The notes under the pieces were generated by a model. It searched no databases and had not been told where the DNA came from. It saw nothing but the letters and a program-made list of their open reading frames with translations. Positions 9,655-19,101 of a stretch of DNA of 64,000 nt are shown here, one piece after another. The DNA is from Desulfatiglandales bacterium (GTDB lineage: Bacteria > Desulfobacterota > DSM-4660 > Desulfatiglandales > HGW-15), in assembly GCA_963667015.2 (NCBI GenBank), contig CAXXJJ010000001.1, positions 64,001 through 128,000 on the forward strand. The letters run 5' to 3'. A program made the position numbers and the translations under genes. Positions within the stretch are counted from its first letter, which is position 1; every line of letters starts with the position of its first letter.

Positions 9655-10437
9655 TTATAATCCCGGGGGCATAGGCGGCCGTTCAAGTCCGATGCCTTTT
9701 TCCTCTTCCGGTTCTTCCGGCGGGGGGGCAGTATTATTTGCCTCCTCCTCTTCACCTGTTTCATCATCTGTTTCAGAGTTTTGATCATCTATTACAGCCC
9801 GTCGCATATTTGCCGAAACCCTTGATGAACCAGATGCCGTATTTCCACCGGTATTTGTCCTGCCTGATGTGCCGTATGTGGTACTGCTTCCAGAAGTTGT
9901 ATTTCCGGAGGTGCCTCTTTGAGCCGATGTGCGTGAAGAGGATAGGGATCTGTTTGATCTGCTGCTGTTACTACTTAAAGATCTGTTTCTGATTTGATTA
10001 ATCTCACGGGTATTTCTGTTCACGAAAGAAGTGTTACTGTTTGACCTGCTGATTGAAGCTGACCCTGTCCTTTTCACATCATTTTCATCAAAGGTGTAAA
10101 GGTCGATTGAAAGCAGGCTTCCCTCATTATAGTTCCATACAACCGCACAGTTTTCTCCCCTGAGGAGATCGTTAATTATTGAATCAAGTCGCCTGTTAAC
10201 ATAGGATTTACTGGCGATCTCCATTTTTAAGGCGCTTTTTGCGGTTATATCTATGCCGATCTTTGCTGAAATCTCGCTCAGGGCATCGGAGACGGTGCAG
10301 TTTTCAAAACGAAACGAAAACCTTTTGCTGCTGTCATCTGACAGGGCAGAAACAGGTGTACAGAAAATAGCGAAGAGAATTACTGCTGCACAGGTTGTAA
10401 AAAAAAGATTATGTTTTTTATTATCCATTCGTTTCAA
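9655..10437 (-). CDS. Exported protein with STN-like domain and long Ser/Gly/Thr/acidic low-complexity tail
   Basis: Signal peptide; FSFRFENCTVSDALSEISAKIGIDI (STN-like); tail ending ERPPMPPGL. Confidence 0.55.
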   Translation of the reverse strand: MKRMDNKKHNLFFTTCAAVILFAIFCTPVSALSDDSSKRFSFRFENCTVSDALSEISAKIGIDITAKSALKMEIASKSYVNRRLDSIINDLLRGENCAVVWNYNEGSLLSIDLYTFDENDVKRTGSASISRSNSNTSFVNRNTREINQIRNRSLSSNSSRSNRSLSSSRTSAQRGTSGNTTSGSSTTYGTSGRTNTGGNTASGSSRVSANMRRAVIDDQNSETDDETGEEEEANNTAPPPEEPEEEKGIGLERPPMPPGL

Positions 10438-10523
10438 ATTAAGAGATTAAAAACACGTTAATTAAGATATAAAAGAATCCACTCCATTGAGGAGGGCGGA
10501 TAAAAGCCCGTACAGTCGAATTA

Positions 10524-10539
10524 TGCAATAATCATACCT
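10524..10539 (-). promoter_or_regulatory. Putative sigma-54 (-24/-12) promoter for 10437 and 9614
   Basis: Minus strand AGGTATGATTATTGCA = GG-N10-GC with TTGCA -12 box, about 85 nt upstream of the start. Confidence 0.5.
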
Positions 10540-10930
10540 TTGATAATATAGGGCCCGGTGATGCAATAAAAGGAGGTTATAAACGCTGAATACGTGTATC
10601 GAAAGGGTAAATAATGTAATATTATGTATTTTCGCATTGAAACAACGATCTGTTTAATTATGAATTAAGCCCCTATCGGCAACAAAAATATGACAGGGTG
10701 TACATTTTTTGTTGTTTATTTGCCGTTCACCCGTCATTCGGCTGACTATAGATTCAACTGCTGCTCTCCTGCCTTGGAAAATATTGCCAGATATTTCATG
10801 TCTGATTGCCAAAATATGCAAATCGAATATGCAAAAATTGTATGGCCTTCCCCTGGGTCTAATCTTTTTTAAAATTCCTAATATTTTAATAATCTAATTA
10901 TATCAGGTTGTTATAGAGGTGCTAAATCGC

Positions 10931-10946
10931 TGGTCTGTATCTTGCT
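10931..10946 (+). promoter_or_regulatory. Putative sigma-54 promoter for the VIT-vWA/rhombosortase operon
   Basis: TGGTCTGTATCTTGCT = GG-N10-GC, about 70 nt upstream of ATG 11015. Confidence 0.45.
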
Positions 10947-11014
10947 CTTCTAATATTTCAGATTTTATAACTGGAAGGTCAAAAGGACTATATTCTGAAA
11001 GGAGAGTAAATATT

Positions 11015-13261
11015 ATGAAAAATAAAAAACTTGTAAATTTCGCTCTGTTTATTTGCCTCTTTATTTTTGGAGGCAGTGTATGGGCTGATTATGTAACTCT
11101 TGGTGGTAAACCGGTTACACAGGGGCAGATGCTTATAGCTTCGAGCAGTATGGACCGGCTGGAATCTTCTTCTGTACAGCCGGTAAATACAGACAGGTTT
11201 ATACTGAGAAAGACAAATGTTGAGGTTGAAATAACCGGTGTAATTGCGCGGGTAAGGGTTCAGCAGCTTTTTACCAATCCCTTTAATGACAGGTTGGAAA
11301 CAACCTATGTATTTCCTTTGCCGGAAAATTCGGCTGTAGATGCCTATTCCTTTAAGATCGGTGAAAAGGTAATCAAGGGAGTGGTAAAGGAAAAGGAAGA
11401 GGCAAGAAGAGAATATGAGCAGGCAAAAAATGATGGAAGAAAGGCCGGGCTTTTAGAACAGGAAAGGCCGGATATATTTACTCAGTCCCTGGTAAATATC
11501 CCTCCAGGCGCACCCGTTACTGCAAATATCGAATATGTTCACACTCTTAAAATAGACGGGGCGCATTATCTGTTCAGTTTCCCTATGGTTGTTGCTCCCC
11601 GCTATATACCCGGGAACCAGGTAAGCAGAAGCAATGTCGGCCGAGGCTGGGCAAATGATACCGATCAGGTACTGGATGCATCCAGAATTACACCTGTTAC
11701 AGTGCCTCCGGGTATGCGAACCGGTCATGATGTTGAAATTACGGTCAAGGTTGATGCCGGTATGCCAGTTACAGATATTACCGGCGTAACCCATGAGCTT
11801 GATGTTGTAAATTCCTCAGACACCACTGCGGTTGTGAAGCTCAAAAACGGACCTGTCATACCTAACAAGGATTTCATTCTGGAGTACAGGGTAGGCGGTG
11901 ACAAAACAATGCTGGCCTTTATGTCTCATCGGTCCGGATCTGATGACGGGTATTTCAGCATGGTGATCCAGCCTAAACACAATATTGAAAGAAGTGAGGT
12001 CTCTCCAAGAGAGGTTATTCTTCTTCTTGATACCAGCGGATCAATGCAGGGAGTTCCCCTTAACCAGTTAAAGCTTTTTTCAGAACAGGTACTGGCGACT
12101 CTCAATCCACAGGATTATTTCAATATATGTGCCTTTAGCAGTGACCTGAAAAAAATGTCTCAGGACTCAATAGCGGCTACTGAATCCAATATCAACATGG
12201 GAAGAAATTATATCAGCAACCTGCACTCAAACGGGGGAACAGAGATGCTTCCTGCCATAAAAGAAATCTTGAGGCCTGACCCCCGGGAACTGAATCTGCA
12301 CAGATATATAGTCATGGTTACAGATGCCCTGGTCGGTAACGACAGAACTATCCTCAAGTATCTGAACAAACCCGAATATTCTCACCTGAGAATTTATCCT
12401 GTTGCCATGGGAGTTGCACCAAATAATTTCCTTATAGAAAGAGCAGCAGAGATCGGTCGAGGTTTTTCAATGAGGGTAACAAACCAGGACAATGCCGCAG
12501 AAATGGCCAGGAGATTTACCTCAAAAATATCATACCCCATCATGACGGACCTCGTGATTGACTGGGGAAAACTTAGGGTAAAGGATATTCTTCCATCTCC
12601 TCTTCCGGATCTTTATGCAGACAGGCCCTTAATCATTATCGGCAGGTATGAAAAACCGGGTGTATCTGAGGTGCGTTTGACAGGAAATATCCTGGGTCAA
12701 AAAATGGAGACAAAATTCGATGTTGATCTGCCGGAAAAGCAGAAGGAGCATGACAGTCTGCCGGTATTGTGGGCGCGTGCCCGTGTAAGGCATCTTATTA
12801 ATGCAGAGATTGGAAACGTTTCCAGTGGAACACGTAATGAGATAACGGATATAGGGCTAAAATACCAGATCGTTACTGACTATACATCATTTATTGCGGT
12901 TGAACATGACATTCCTGAAAATATTTCCGGCAGACTCATTACGCAGGATGTATTAACTGCTATCCCCGAAGGAATGGAGCATCTGTTTGATGGAAAAGGC
13001 CAGGCCTCAGGCCAGTATATCCGGCCAAAAAACAATCCTGCTGTTCAACCGGCTAGAAATAGGGATATTCAGCAATCGCCTCCCCATACGGTTTTCGCTT
13101 CAAGCCGGCCGTCTTCAGGGGCCTATTCGGGTTCCCGCAGCAGTTCGGGCGGAGGAGGATCAGTTGGTATCCTGACCATTATATTTGCACCATTATTAAT
13201 GCTGATACGTCTTGCAGAGCGCAAATTGAACAGGAAAAGGAATCCTTCATATAATGGATGA
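11015..13261 (+). CDS. VIT + vWA domain exported protein with C-terminal GlyGly-CTERM sorting signal
   Basis: RBS AAGGAG before ATG 11015; signal peptide; VIT (RVRVQQLFTNP..LETTYVFPLPENSAV); MIDAS LLDTSGSM, GGTEM, MVTD; tail SSSGGGGSVGILTIIFAPLLMLIRLAERK. Confidence 0.85.
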   Translation: MKNKKLVNFALFICLFIFGGSVWADYVTLGGKPVTQGQMLIASSSMDRLESSSVQPVNTDRFILRKTNVEVEITGVIARVRVQQLFTNPFNDRLETTYVFPLPENSAVDAYSFKIGEKVIKGVVKEKEEARREYEQAKNDGRKAGLLEQERPDIFTQSLVNIPPGAPVTANIEYVHTLKIDGAHYLFSFPMVVAPRYIPGNQVSRSNVGRGWANDTDQVLDASRITPVTVPPGMRTGHDVEITVKVDAGMPVTDITGVTHELDVVNSSDTTAVVKLKNGPVIPNKDFILEYRVGGDKTMLAFMSHRSGSDDGYFSMVIQPKHNIERSEVSPREVILLLDTSGSMQGVPLNQLKLFSEQVLATLNPQDYFNICAFSSDLKKMSQDSIAATESNINMGRNYISNLHSNGGTEMLPAIKEILRPDPRELNLHRYIVMVTDALVGNDRTILKYLNKPEYSHLRIYPVAMGVAPNNFLIERAAEIGRGFSMRVTNQDNAAEMARRFTSKISYPIMTDLVIDWGKLRVKDILPSPLPDLYADRPLIIIGRYEKPGVSEVRLTGNILGQKMETKFDVDLPEKQKEHDSLPVLWARARVRHLINAEIGNVSSGTRNEITDIGLKYQIVTDYTSFIAVEHDIPENISGRLITQDVLTAIPEGMEHLFDGKGQASGQYIRPKNNPAVQPARNRDIQQSPPHTVFASSRPSSGAYSGSRSSSGGGGSVGILTIIFAPLLMLIRLAERKLNRKRNPSYNG

Positions 13262-13357
13262 CATATGAAATCCTGCGGCCGCCTTTGATTCCGGTCATAT
13301 ATTCTCCCTCCCTTATAACCGGAATCAACGGCTGCAGAATTAAATTTACAGGATTTT

Positions 13358-14092
13358 GTGATGAATGAATCAAATTTAAAAACTGATATTCTTAATTCAA
13401 GAATAACCATAATATCAGGGATTATCCTGATTATTTTTAATGCAGGTTTTATTCTTTCATTTTCCGGCAGCAGATGGTTTTCTATCTTTTGTTCTGTAAT
13501 GGAATATGACCGGGCATTGATAATAAAGGGTGAAATCTGGCGGTTTTTTACATGCCATCTTGTGCACTGGAGCCCTGCACATTTTTTGCTGGATAGTGTT
13601 GTGTTTATTTTTCAGGGAATAACCTTTGAGCAGAAGATTGGAAAAAAATACTGGATGGTCCTGTTTCTTTCCTCATTATTTATAGGCGTTTCATTACTGA
13701 TATTTCGAAGTGACCTGATGTACTACCGCGGTATTTCAGGAATCATAAACACACAGCTTGTACTTGGATCCGGCCTTTTTATTTTTGATAAAACCCTGAG
13801 TAAAAACATGAGGGGTATGTTTGGTATATGTTTTTTAATCCATATGATTAAAATCATCTATGAGTCAATCAACCGTGCCCCGTTTTTTTCCACACACCTT
13901 CTCGGAGACATGGGCCTCTTTACGCCTGTTGCACATCTAAGCGGGGTGGTGCTGGGGTTTTTACTTCTTGCAGCTTATCTGCTGATGCCTTTTTCAGGGA
14001 AAAGACAAACGCATGAAAAAGATAAAGACGATCTCTCGCCTGCCTCGCTGGAACTCTCAGAGGGCGCAGAGAAAAGCATTTTTTGTTTTTGA
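13358..14092 (+). CDS. rrtA: Rhombosortase (rhomboid-family intramembrane serine protease)
   Basis: GEIWRFFTCHLVHWSPAHF, catalytic YRGISG and AHLSG; multiple TM helices; adjacent to a GlyGly-CTERM protein. Confidence 0.8.
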   Translation: MMNESNLKTDILNSRITIISGIILIIFNAGFILSFSGSRWFSIFCSVMEYDRALIIKGEIWRFFTCHLVHWSPAHFLLDSVVFIFQGITFEQKIGKKYWMVLFLSSLFIGVSLLIFRSDLMYYRGISGIINTQLVLGSGLFIFDKTLSKNMRGMFGICFLIHMIKIIYESINRAPFFSTHLLGDMGLFTPVAHLSGVVLGFLLLAAYLLMPFSGKRQTHEKDKDDLSPASLELSEGAEKSIFCF

Positions 14093-14162
14093 AAATAAAT
14101 GGTTTTTGTCTTTCTCTGTGATCTCTGCGGACTCTAGTTAACGAAGTGAACGGGCGAGAAAA
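14032..14162. repeat. Dispersed imperfect palindromic repeat, copy 2
   Basis: TCTCTCGCC...CAGAGGGCGCAGAGAAAA...TTCTCTGTGATCTCTGCGGACTCTAGTTAACGAAGTGAACGGGCGAGA, matching copies 1 and 3. Confidence 0.75.
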
Positions 14163-14172
14163 AAATGTTTTA

Positions 14173-14415
14173 TTACTCCTCTTCCGATTCTTCTTCATCA
14201 AACTGATCAAGCTTCTCAGTCTGCTGATCAACAATATTATCAATATCCTTCTCCATCTTTTTCATCTGATCAACCTGCTTTTTCCCTGCCAGCGTTTCAA
14301 CGGTATCATCCACCTTTTCGCGGCTGTCTGAACCTTTGCAGCCGGATAACAGGGGTAGAGCAAGCAGAAGAACTAAAATACCTGTTCCAAAAATCATTTT
14401 CACTGATTTTAACAT
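14173..14415 (-). CDS. Small lipoprotein, unknown function
   Basis: Lipobox LLSGC after a hydrophobic stretch; RBS AGGAG upstream; helical acidic tail. Confidence 0.7.
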   Translation of the reverse strand: MLKSVKMIFGTGILVLLLALPLLSGCKGSDSREKVDDTVETLAGKKQVDQMKKMEKDIDNIVDQQTEKLDQFDEEESEEE

Positions 14416-14541
14416 CGTATTCTCCTATTTTATGGTCAATGAAATGGTACTATTGTATTCACTTTTTTCGCTAAAAAGGATACAACATATTATTCGTAAA
14501 AACACTATTTTTATATATCAAAAAACAGGGAGTGACGTATT

Positions 14542-14988
14542 ATGATAAAGGCAAAAGATATTATGACTACCAGTCCCATAACCGTTATGCCGGATATGGA
14601 GATTGTCAATGCGGCTAAAACTCTTCTTGAAAATAAAATCAATGGAGTTCCTGTTATTGAAAAAGGAAAACTTGTCGGGATTCTCTGCCAGAGTGATCTG
14701 ATCAGCCAGCAAAAACGGTTTCCCATGCCATCGATATTTACCTTTCTGGATGGTTTTATTCCCCTGCAGTCAAATAAGGATCTGGAAAAAACAGTCAAAA
14801 AAATTGCGGCTACTGTCGTAAGGGATGCCATGACTCCTGATCCTGTAACGGTTGGACCGGACACGGATATTGAAGAAATAGCAGGCCTCATGATTGATAA
14901 AAACTTCCATACCCTTCCTGTTGTGAAGTCAGGTAAACTTGTCGGGATTATCGGTAAGGAAGATATTCTTAAAACGCTTATCTCCTGA
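14542..14988 (+). CDS. CBS-pair domain protein
   Basis: AKDIMT..PITV.PD, GVPVI..GKLVGI, VRDAMT..PVTV, TLPVV..GKLVGII. Confidence 0.9.
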   Translation: MIKAKDIMTTSPITVMPDMEIVNAAKTLLENKINGVPVIEKGKLVGILCQSDLISQQKRFPMPSIFTFLDGFIPLQSNKDLEKTVKKIAATVVRDAMTPDPVTVGPDTDIEEIAGLMIDKNFHTLPVVKSGKLVGIIGKEDILKTLIS

Positions 14989-15018
14989 CAGGGTTGAGCA
15001 GGATTAAGGAGCCAAGGC

Positions 15019-16740
15019 ATGAATGAGAACGAAGTGCTTGATAATGTAATGGACCCGGCAGGGCAGCCCACCGGAATTTTCGGAAGGGTTTCTGATCCTT
15101 CCAATAAAAACATGGGTATTGTACTTGATCCGTTCCGCCAGCCCACAGAGAGTGTCGATTCCATGCATGGGCAACTAATGGCAGACAGGCTTGATACCCT
15201 GGACGGGAAGGTTCTTTACCTTGTTGAAACAGGCTTTCACGGGGCCAAAGATTTCATGAACCTGGTTGAAAAATGGTTCAATAATAATATGCCCGAGGTG
15301 AAAACCATTCAAAAATCGACACAGGGGATGATATTTACCGATGACCCTGCACTGTGGGCAGAGATCCAGGAAAAGGGGGATGCGGTTATCCTGGGTGTTG
15401 GCGGGTGAGATGGCTGTTCTGCGAGTATCGCAGAGTTTAGCAGGACACTTGAACATATCCATCATGTCCCGGTCTGCCCGATTGTAACCGCCCGTTTTCA
15501 GCGATATATTGAACGTGACACAGAGAATCATGGCATGCCTCTCAGATTTGCCTTTCCTCCCTATCCCGTCGGATGGGTTTCTCTTGAAGTTCTTCAGGGC
15601 TATATTGACGGTAATGATCCTGTAACAGGAAAACCCCTTATGCAGGAGATGATTGATGCCCTTACCCTGCCCCTTGCGGAAGAAGAAAAAAATCCCAAGG
15701 TAATCAAAAGACCAAAAAGACCAAGATTTTTAAAGAAGGATACAATCGCCAATTATAAGCGAATGTTTATTGAAAACGGCTGGACAGACGGCCTGCCCAT
15801 TGAGCTTCCGACAGAAGAAAAGGTTGAGGAGATGCTGACAGGCACAGACGCCCCGCGTGACATGGTTGTCGGTAAGATGTCTGTAACAACCCATGAAGAG
15901 CGGCTGGAATATACCGTGGAAAAGGTGGCAGTAAATGCCGTAATGGCAGGTGCGAGGCCCGAGCATTTTCCCGTCATTCTCGCGCTTGCGGCCAGTCAGG
16001 AACCTTCCATGCACAGCTCCACAACATCCTTCGGAAGGATGGTGATCGTAAACGGGCCGATACGTAATCAGATTGGGATAAACTGTGCTGCCGGGGCCTT
16101 CAGTCCCTTTAGTTTTGCCAATTCAGTAATCGGCAGGGCATATACGCTGATGAGTTTTACCTTTGGTAATGCAAGAATCGGTGAAAATTTTACCGCTACT
16201 TTTGGAAACGTCACAAATTATAACAACATGTTTGCCGGAGAAAATGAGGAGGAATCACCGTGGACTCCCTTTCATGTAGAGCAGGGTTTTAAACAGAATG
16301 AAAACACGGTAAGCCTTTTCAGGGGATGGAACGTAAATCACATTGGGATGGGTAATTCAGATGCCATGGTAAGATCGATGAAGGGCCTGGCATGCATGAC
16401 CATGTTCGGCCAGCCGGGCGGAACCTTTGTCATGGATCCCCTTACCGCTAAAAACCTGAGGGACAAGGAAGGCTTCAGCACCAAGGAAGAATTCCGTAAC
16501 TGGTTTGAAGAGCAGGTAAAAACAGAACATCACGGGCCTTTTCCTCCCAGGCCGTTCAGCCTGAACCTTATTGTTGTAGGAGGGGAGTGGAATCCCATGT
16601 ACACAACAACGGATTTTTATCATACCCAGACAGTTTCTATCGATAAATGGATTCCAAAGGGCGGACCAAAAATAGATAAAAACCCAATAAGGATACCCCA
16701 CACATCAGTATGTAAGGACGGTACTTGTGGTATTATCTGA
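15019..16740 (+). CDS. Selenoprotein, UGSC-like N-terminal domain (motif U-D-G-C, Sec130 at TGA 15406-15408) fused to the usual partner domain; 573 aa
   Basis: ORFs 15019..15408 and 15535..16740 are in the same frame with no other stop between them; read-through gives VILGVGG-U-DGCSASIAEFSRTLEHIHHVPVCPIVTARF; SECIS-like hairpin directly downstream. Confidence 0.85.
15409..15441 (+). promoter_or_regulatory. Bacterial SECIS-like stem-loop
   Basis: TCTGCGA-GTA-TCGCAGA perfect 7-bp stem (15418-15434); apical-loop G at 15425, 17 nt after the TGA. Confidence 0.7.
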
Positions 16741-16827
16741 TCTGACGGCTAAAGTAAGTTTCTTTCCCGTATCTACCGAATATCGTAATTTTACAGGAGA
16801 TATATTGTATTTGCATGTCAGCTACAA

Positions 16828-16868
16828 ATATAACAGGGGAAAATCAAAAGGATTTTCCCCTGCTATAT
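16828..16868. terminator. Hairpin between convergent genes (probable terminator)
   Basis: ATATAACAGGGGAAAATC-AAAAG-GATTTTCCCCTGCTATAT. Confidence 0.65.
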
Positions 16869-16892
16869 TAACGCCTGACGGATTGAAGTCGT

Positions 16893-17219
16893 TTAGAAAT
16901 CCTCCATAAGCTGGATTCCTACCTGATAATGACCCCGAAGACGATCTGAATCGGATTTTGTTATATGCATAATTCTGGTTTTTAAAATTTTGGGCGCTTC
17001 AGCCTCATTTTCCGGATAATATTTCATTTCCAGTTCCATGTCCTCTTCCAGGTGTTCGAGTATTGCAGAACCTTCCTTGATAAGTATGCTCATCCCTGAT
17101 GTTGAAGTTTCAAGGATTTTAAACTGGTAGGCCAGCGCAAATGTGTTTACGCAGAATTCAACGCTGGATAATTCGGCATTAGTTCGATCTTCTTTTCTCT
17201 TTTCGTTATTATTTTCCAT
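16893..17219 (-). CDS. Single-domain PilZ-like protein
   Basis: RKEDR (RxxxR) followed by ETSTSGMSI (D/NxSxxG-like) and terminal YQVGIQL strand. Confidence 0.65.
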   Translation of the reverse strand: MENNNEKRKEDRTNAELSSVEFCVNTFALAYQFKILETSTSGMSILIKEGSAILEHLEEDMELEMKYYPENEAEAPKILKTRIMHITKSDSDRLRGHYQVGIQLMEDF

Positions 17220-17321
17220 CAGTAACAGATCCTGTAATTGTTTAGATATGCTCGCCGGACGCGAAAGAATGTAAAATCTTAATCCAATTTTTTACTAAAT
17301 TCAACCAGTAACAGACAATGA

Positions 17322-18200
17322 TTATTTATTCTGTCCCATAAAATTATGCAGCCTTGTAATAAATTCTCCCGCATCCCCGTTTACAGAAATGGATTTTTCC
17401 TTTATCTGAACGGGTATCTGGGGGTGTCCGGTGTTGGCGTAATCGCGGTATGAACGGTTTACCCGGATAAAAAGCACGTTGTCATGGGAATAGACCAGGT
17501 ATTCAAAGGGGCGACGGATTACCCCGGGGGTGTTAAACCCGACCCCGAATTCCATGACAGTCAGTTTTTTATCCATGATGCCGTTTATCCAGGTTTCATA
17601 GTTCTCTACCCACTGTTCATAATCTTCTCTTGTCCTGAATGCCACGGTCATGGCTCCCCCGCATTCCGGACACAGCGGGATTGCGGAATCTGATACGCTG
17701 AAGGTCTCATGATCTATACCGGCTATTGCCTTATCAATAAAAGGTTTTGTATGCCAGGTTTTGCCTGTACAGCGCTTCATACACATCAACCGGTCATAGT
17801 TGCCCTGGGCCTGAAACACACGGTCCGGATCAAACCCGCTTTTAATGAACATCCCGTCTGCATTTGATGTGATTACATAATGGTCTCTGTCCTTGACTAT
17901 TTCATGGAGTTTTTTATATTCCGGGCTGGGAGGATATTCATAAAAAACATGATTCATGTGTGTTGCCCAGTATGCCCACCTTTCCCCCTCTGTCCAGTTT
18001 TCAAATCCAATGAATTCATACTGCATCCTGTAGCCCTTTTCTACCCACCTTGGAAAGAGTCTGGAAAAGGTAATCGTGTCTGTATAGTCAATTCCAATGG
18101 ATGCTGAAAGTCCGGCACCGCCCCCGATCAATATACGTTCACTGGTTTTTATGGAATCTGCAATGAGTTCAATTACTCTATCCCCTGAATATTCGGGCAT
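17322..18200 (-). CDS. Class M sirtuin (SirTM-like ADP-ribosyltransferase)
   Basis: IGGGAGLSAS, VITSNADG, QAQGNY (Gln in place of the deacylase His), CxxxC...CPxC zinc site, EFGVGFNTPGVIR. ATG 18200 overlaps the macrodomain stop. Confidence 0.8.
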   Translation of the reverse strand: MPEYSGDRVIELIADSIKTSERILIGGGAGLSASIGIDYTDTITFSRLFPRWVEKGYRMQYEFIGFENWTEGERWAYWATHMNHVFYEYPPSPEYKKLHEIVKDRDHYVITSNADGMFIKSGFDPDRVFQAQGNYDRLMCMKRCTGKTWHTKPFIDKAIAGIDHETFSVSDSAIPLCPECGGAMTVAFRTREDYEQWVENYETWINGIMDKKLTVMEFGVGFNTPGVIRRPFEYLVYSHDNVLFIRVNRSYRDYANTGHPQIPVQIKEKSISVNGDAGEFITRLHNFMGQNK

Positions 18201-19101
18201 AACAGGAAAAATCCTCCTCAAGAAAAACATTAAATATAATTTTGGTGAATGGATTTTCATTATTTTCTAGCCATTCATCCACCGTTTTTACCGCAATTTC
18301 AGCAGCAGGCCCCTGGGGAAAATTAAACACTCCTGTTGAGATGCAGGGGAATGCAATGGATTTTATCCCTTTTACCTGTGCTGCAAGTGAAAGACAGCTT
18401 TTGTAACAGGATGCGAGCTGCTCAATCTGATATTCAGAAACTTCCCTTTCTTTTATTATAGGACCGACAGTATGCAGCACATATCGGGAGGGCAGATTAT
18501 ATGCCCGGGTTATCTTTGCGTCTCCTGTCCGCTCTTTTGATCCCTGGATATCCATTATTATTCTGCAGTCCTCCCGAAGAAGCGGACCTGCCGCACTGTG
18601 GATCACATTGTCAATGCAGTTATGAAGGGGCTGAAAACAGCCAAGCATCCCGTCATTTGCCGCATTCACAATTGCATCGGCCCTGAGACAGGAGATATCC
18701 CCCTTCCATAAATAAAGGTTTTCCGAATGGTTTAGTCTGCTCTCAGGAAATATTTCAGAAACCGGAGAAAGAGTATCGAAGTCCTTAAGATTTTTTTTCC
18801 CGAGTTCATCCTGGAGTAACCGGTCTATTTTATCAGTTAAAGATTTTTTCAACCTGGATGGAGGGCGTATATTAAGCAGTGCCCTTAAAAGATCTCTTTT
18901 ACCATGATAATCATGGGGAATTTGATTATAGTCATATAACTCTTCTTCAAGAGACAGAACCTTGAGAATGAAGTCAAGTATTTCATTCCTTTCTTTACTA
19001 GAGGATATTTGATCAGTCTTTGCGGTATATTCTTCAAGCAGCTTTATCTGATCACTATAACTGGCAAGAGAAAGGCCCCAGGGCAATAATTCAATTGACA
19101 T
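18178..19101 (-). CDS. Zinc-dependent macrodomain protein-ADP-ribose hydrolase
   Basis: LWKGDI, AIVNAAN..MLGCFQPLHNCIDNVIHSAAG (CX4HXC zinc loop), VLHTVGP, FPCISTGVFNFP. Confidence 0.9.
   Translation of the reverse strand: MSIELLPWGLSLASYSDQIKLLEEYTAKTDQISSSKERNEILDFILKVLSLEEELYDYNQIPHDYHGKRDLLRALLNIRPPSRLKKSLTDKIDRLLQDELGKKNLKDFDTLSPVSEIFPESRLNHSENLYLWKGDISCLRADAIVNAANDGMLGCFQPLHNCIDNVIHSAAGPLLREDCRIIMDIQGSKERTGDAKITRAYNLPSRYVLHTVGPIIKEREVSEYQIEQLASCYKSCLSLAAQVKGIKSIAFPCISTGVFNFPQGPAAEIAVKTVDEWLENNENPFTKIIFNVFLEEDFSCYARIFRG

Noticed and set aside
15535..16740. 401-aa ORF as an independent gene starting MPLRF
   Set aside because: No clear RBS; it is in frame with the upstream ORF through an open 42-codon bridge after a UxxC TGA with a SECIS-like hairpin.
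17322..19101. Thoeris or other Sir2 NADase defence system
   Set aside because: Motifs match class M sirtuin plus Zn-macrodomain; no TIR, HerA or Argonaute partner nearby.
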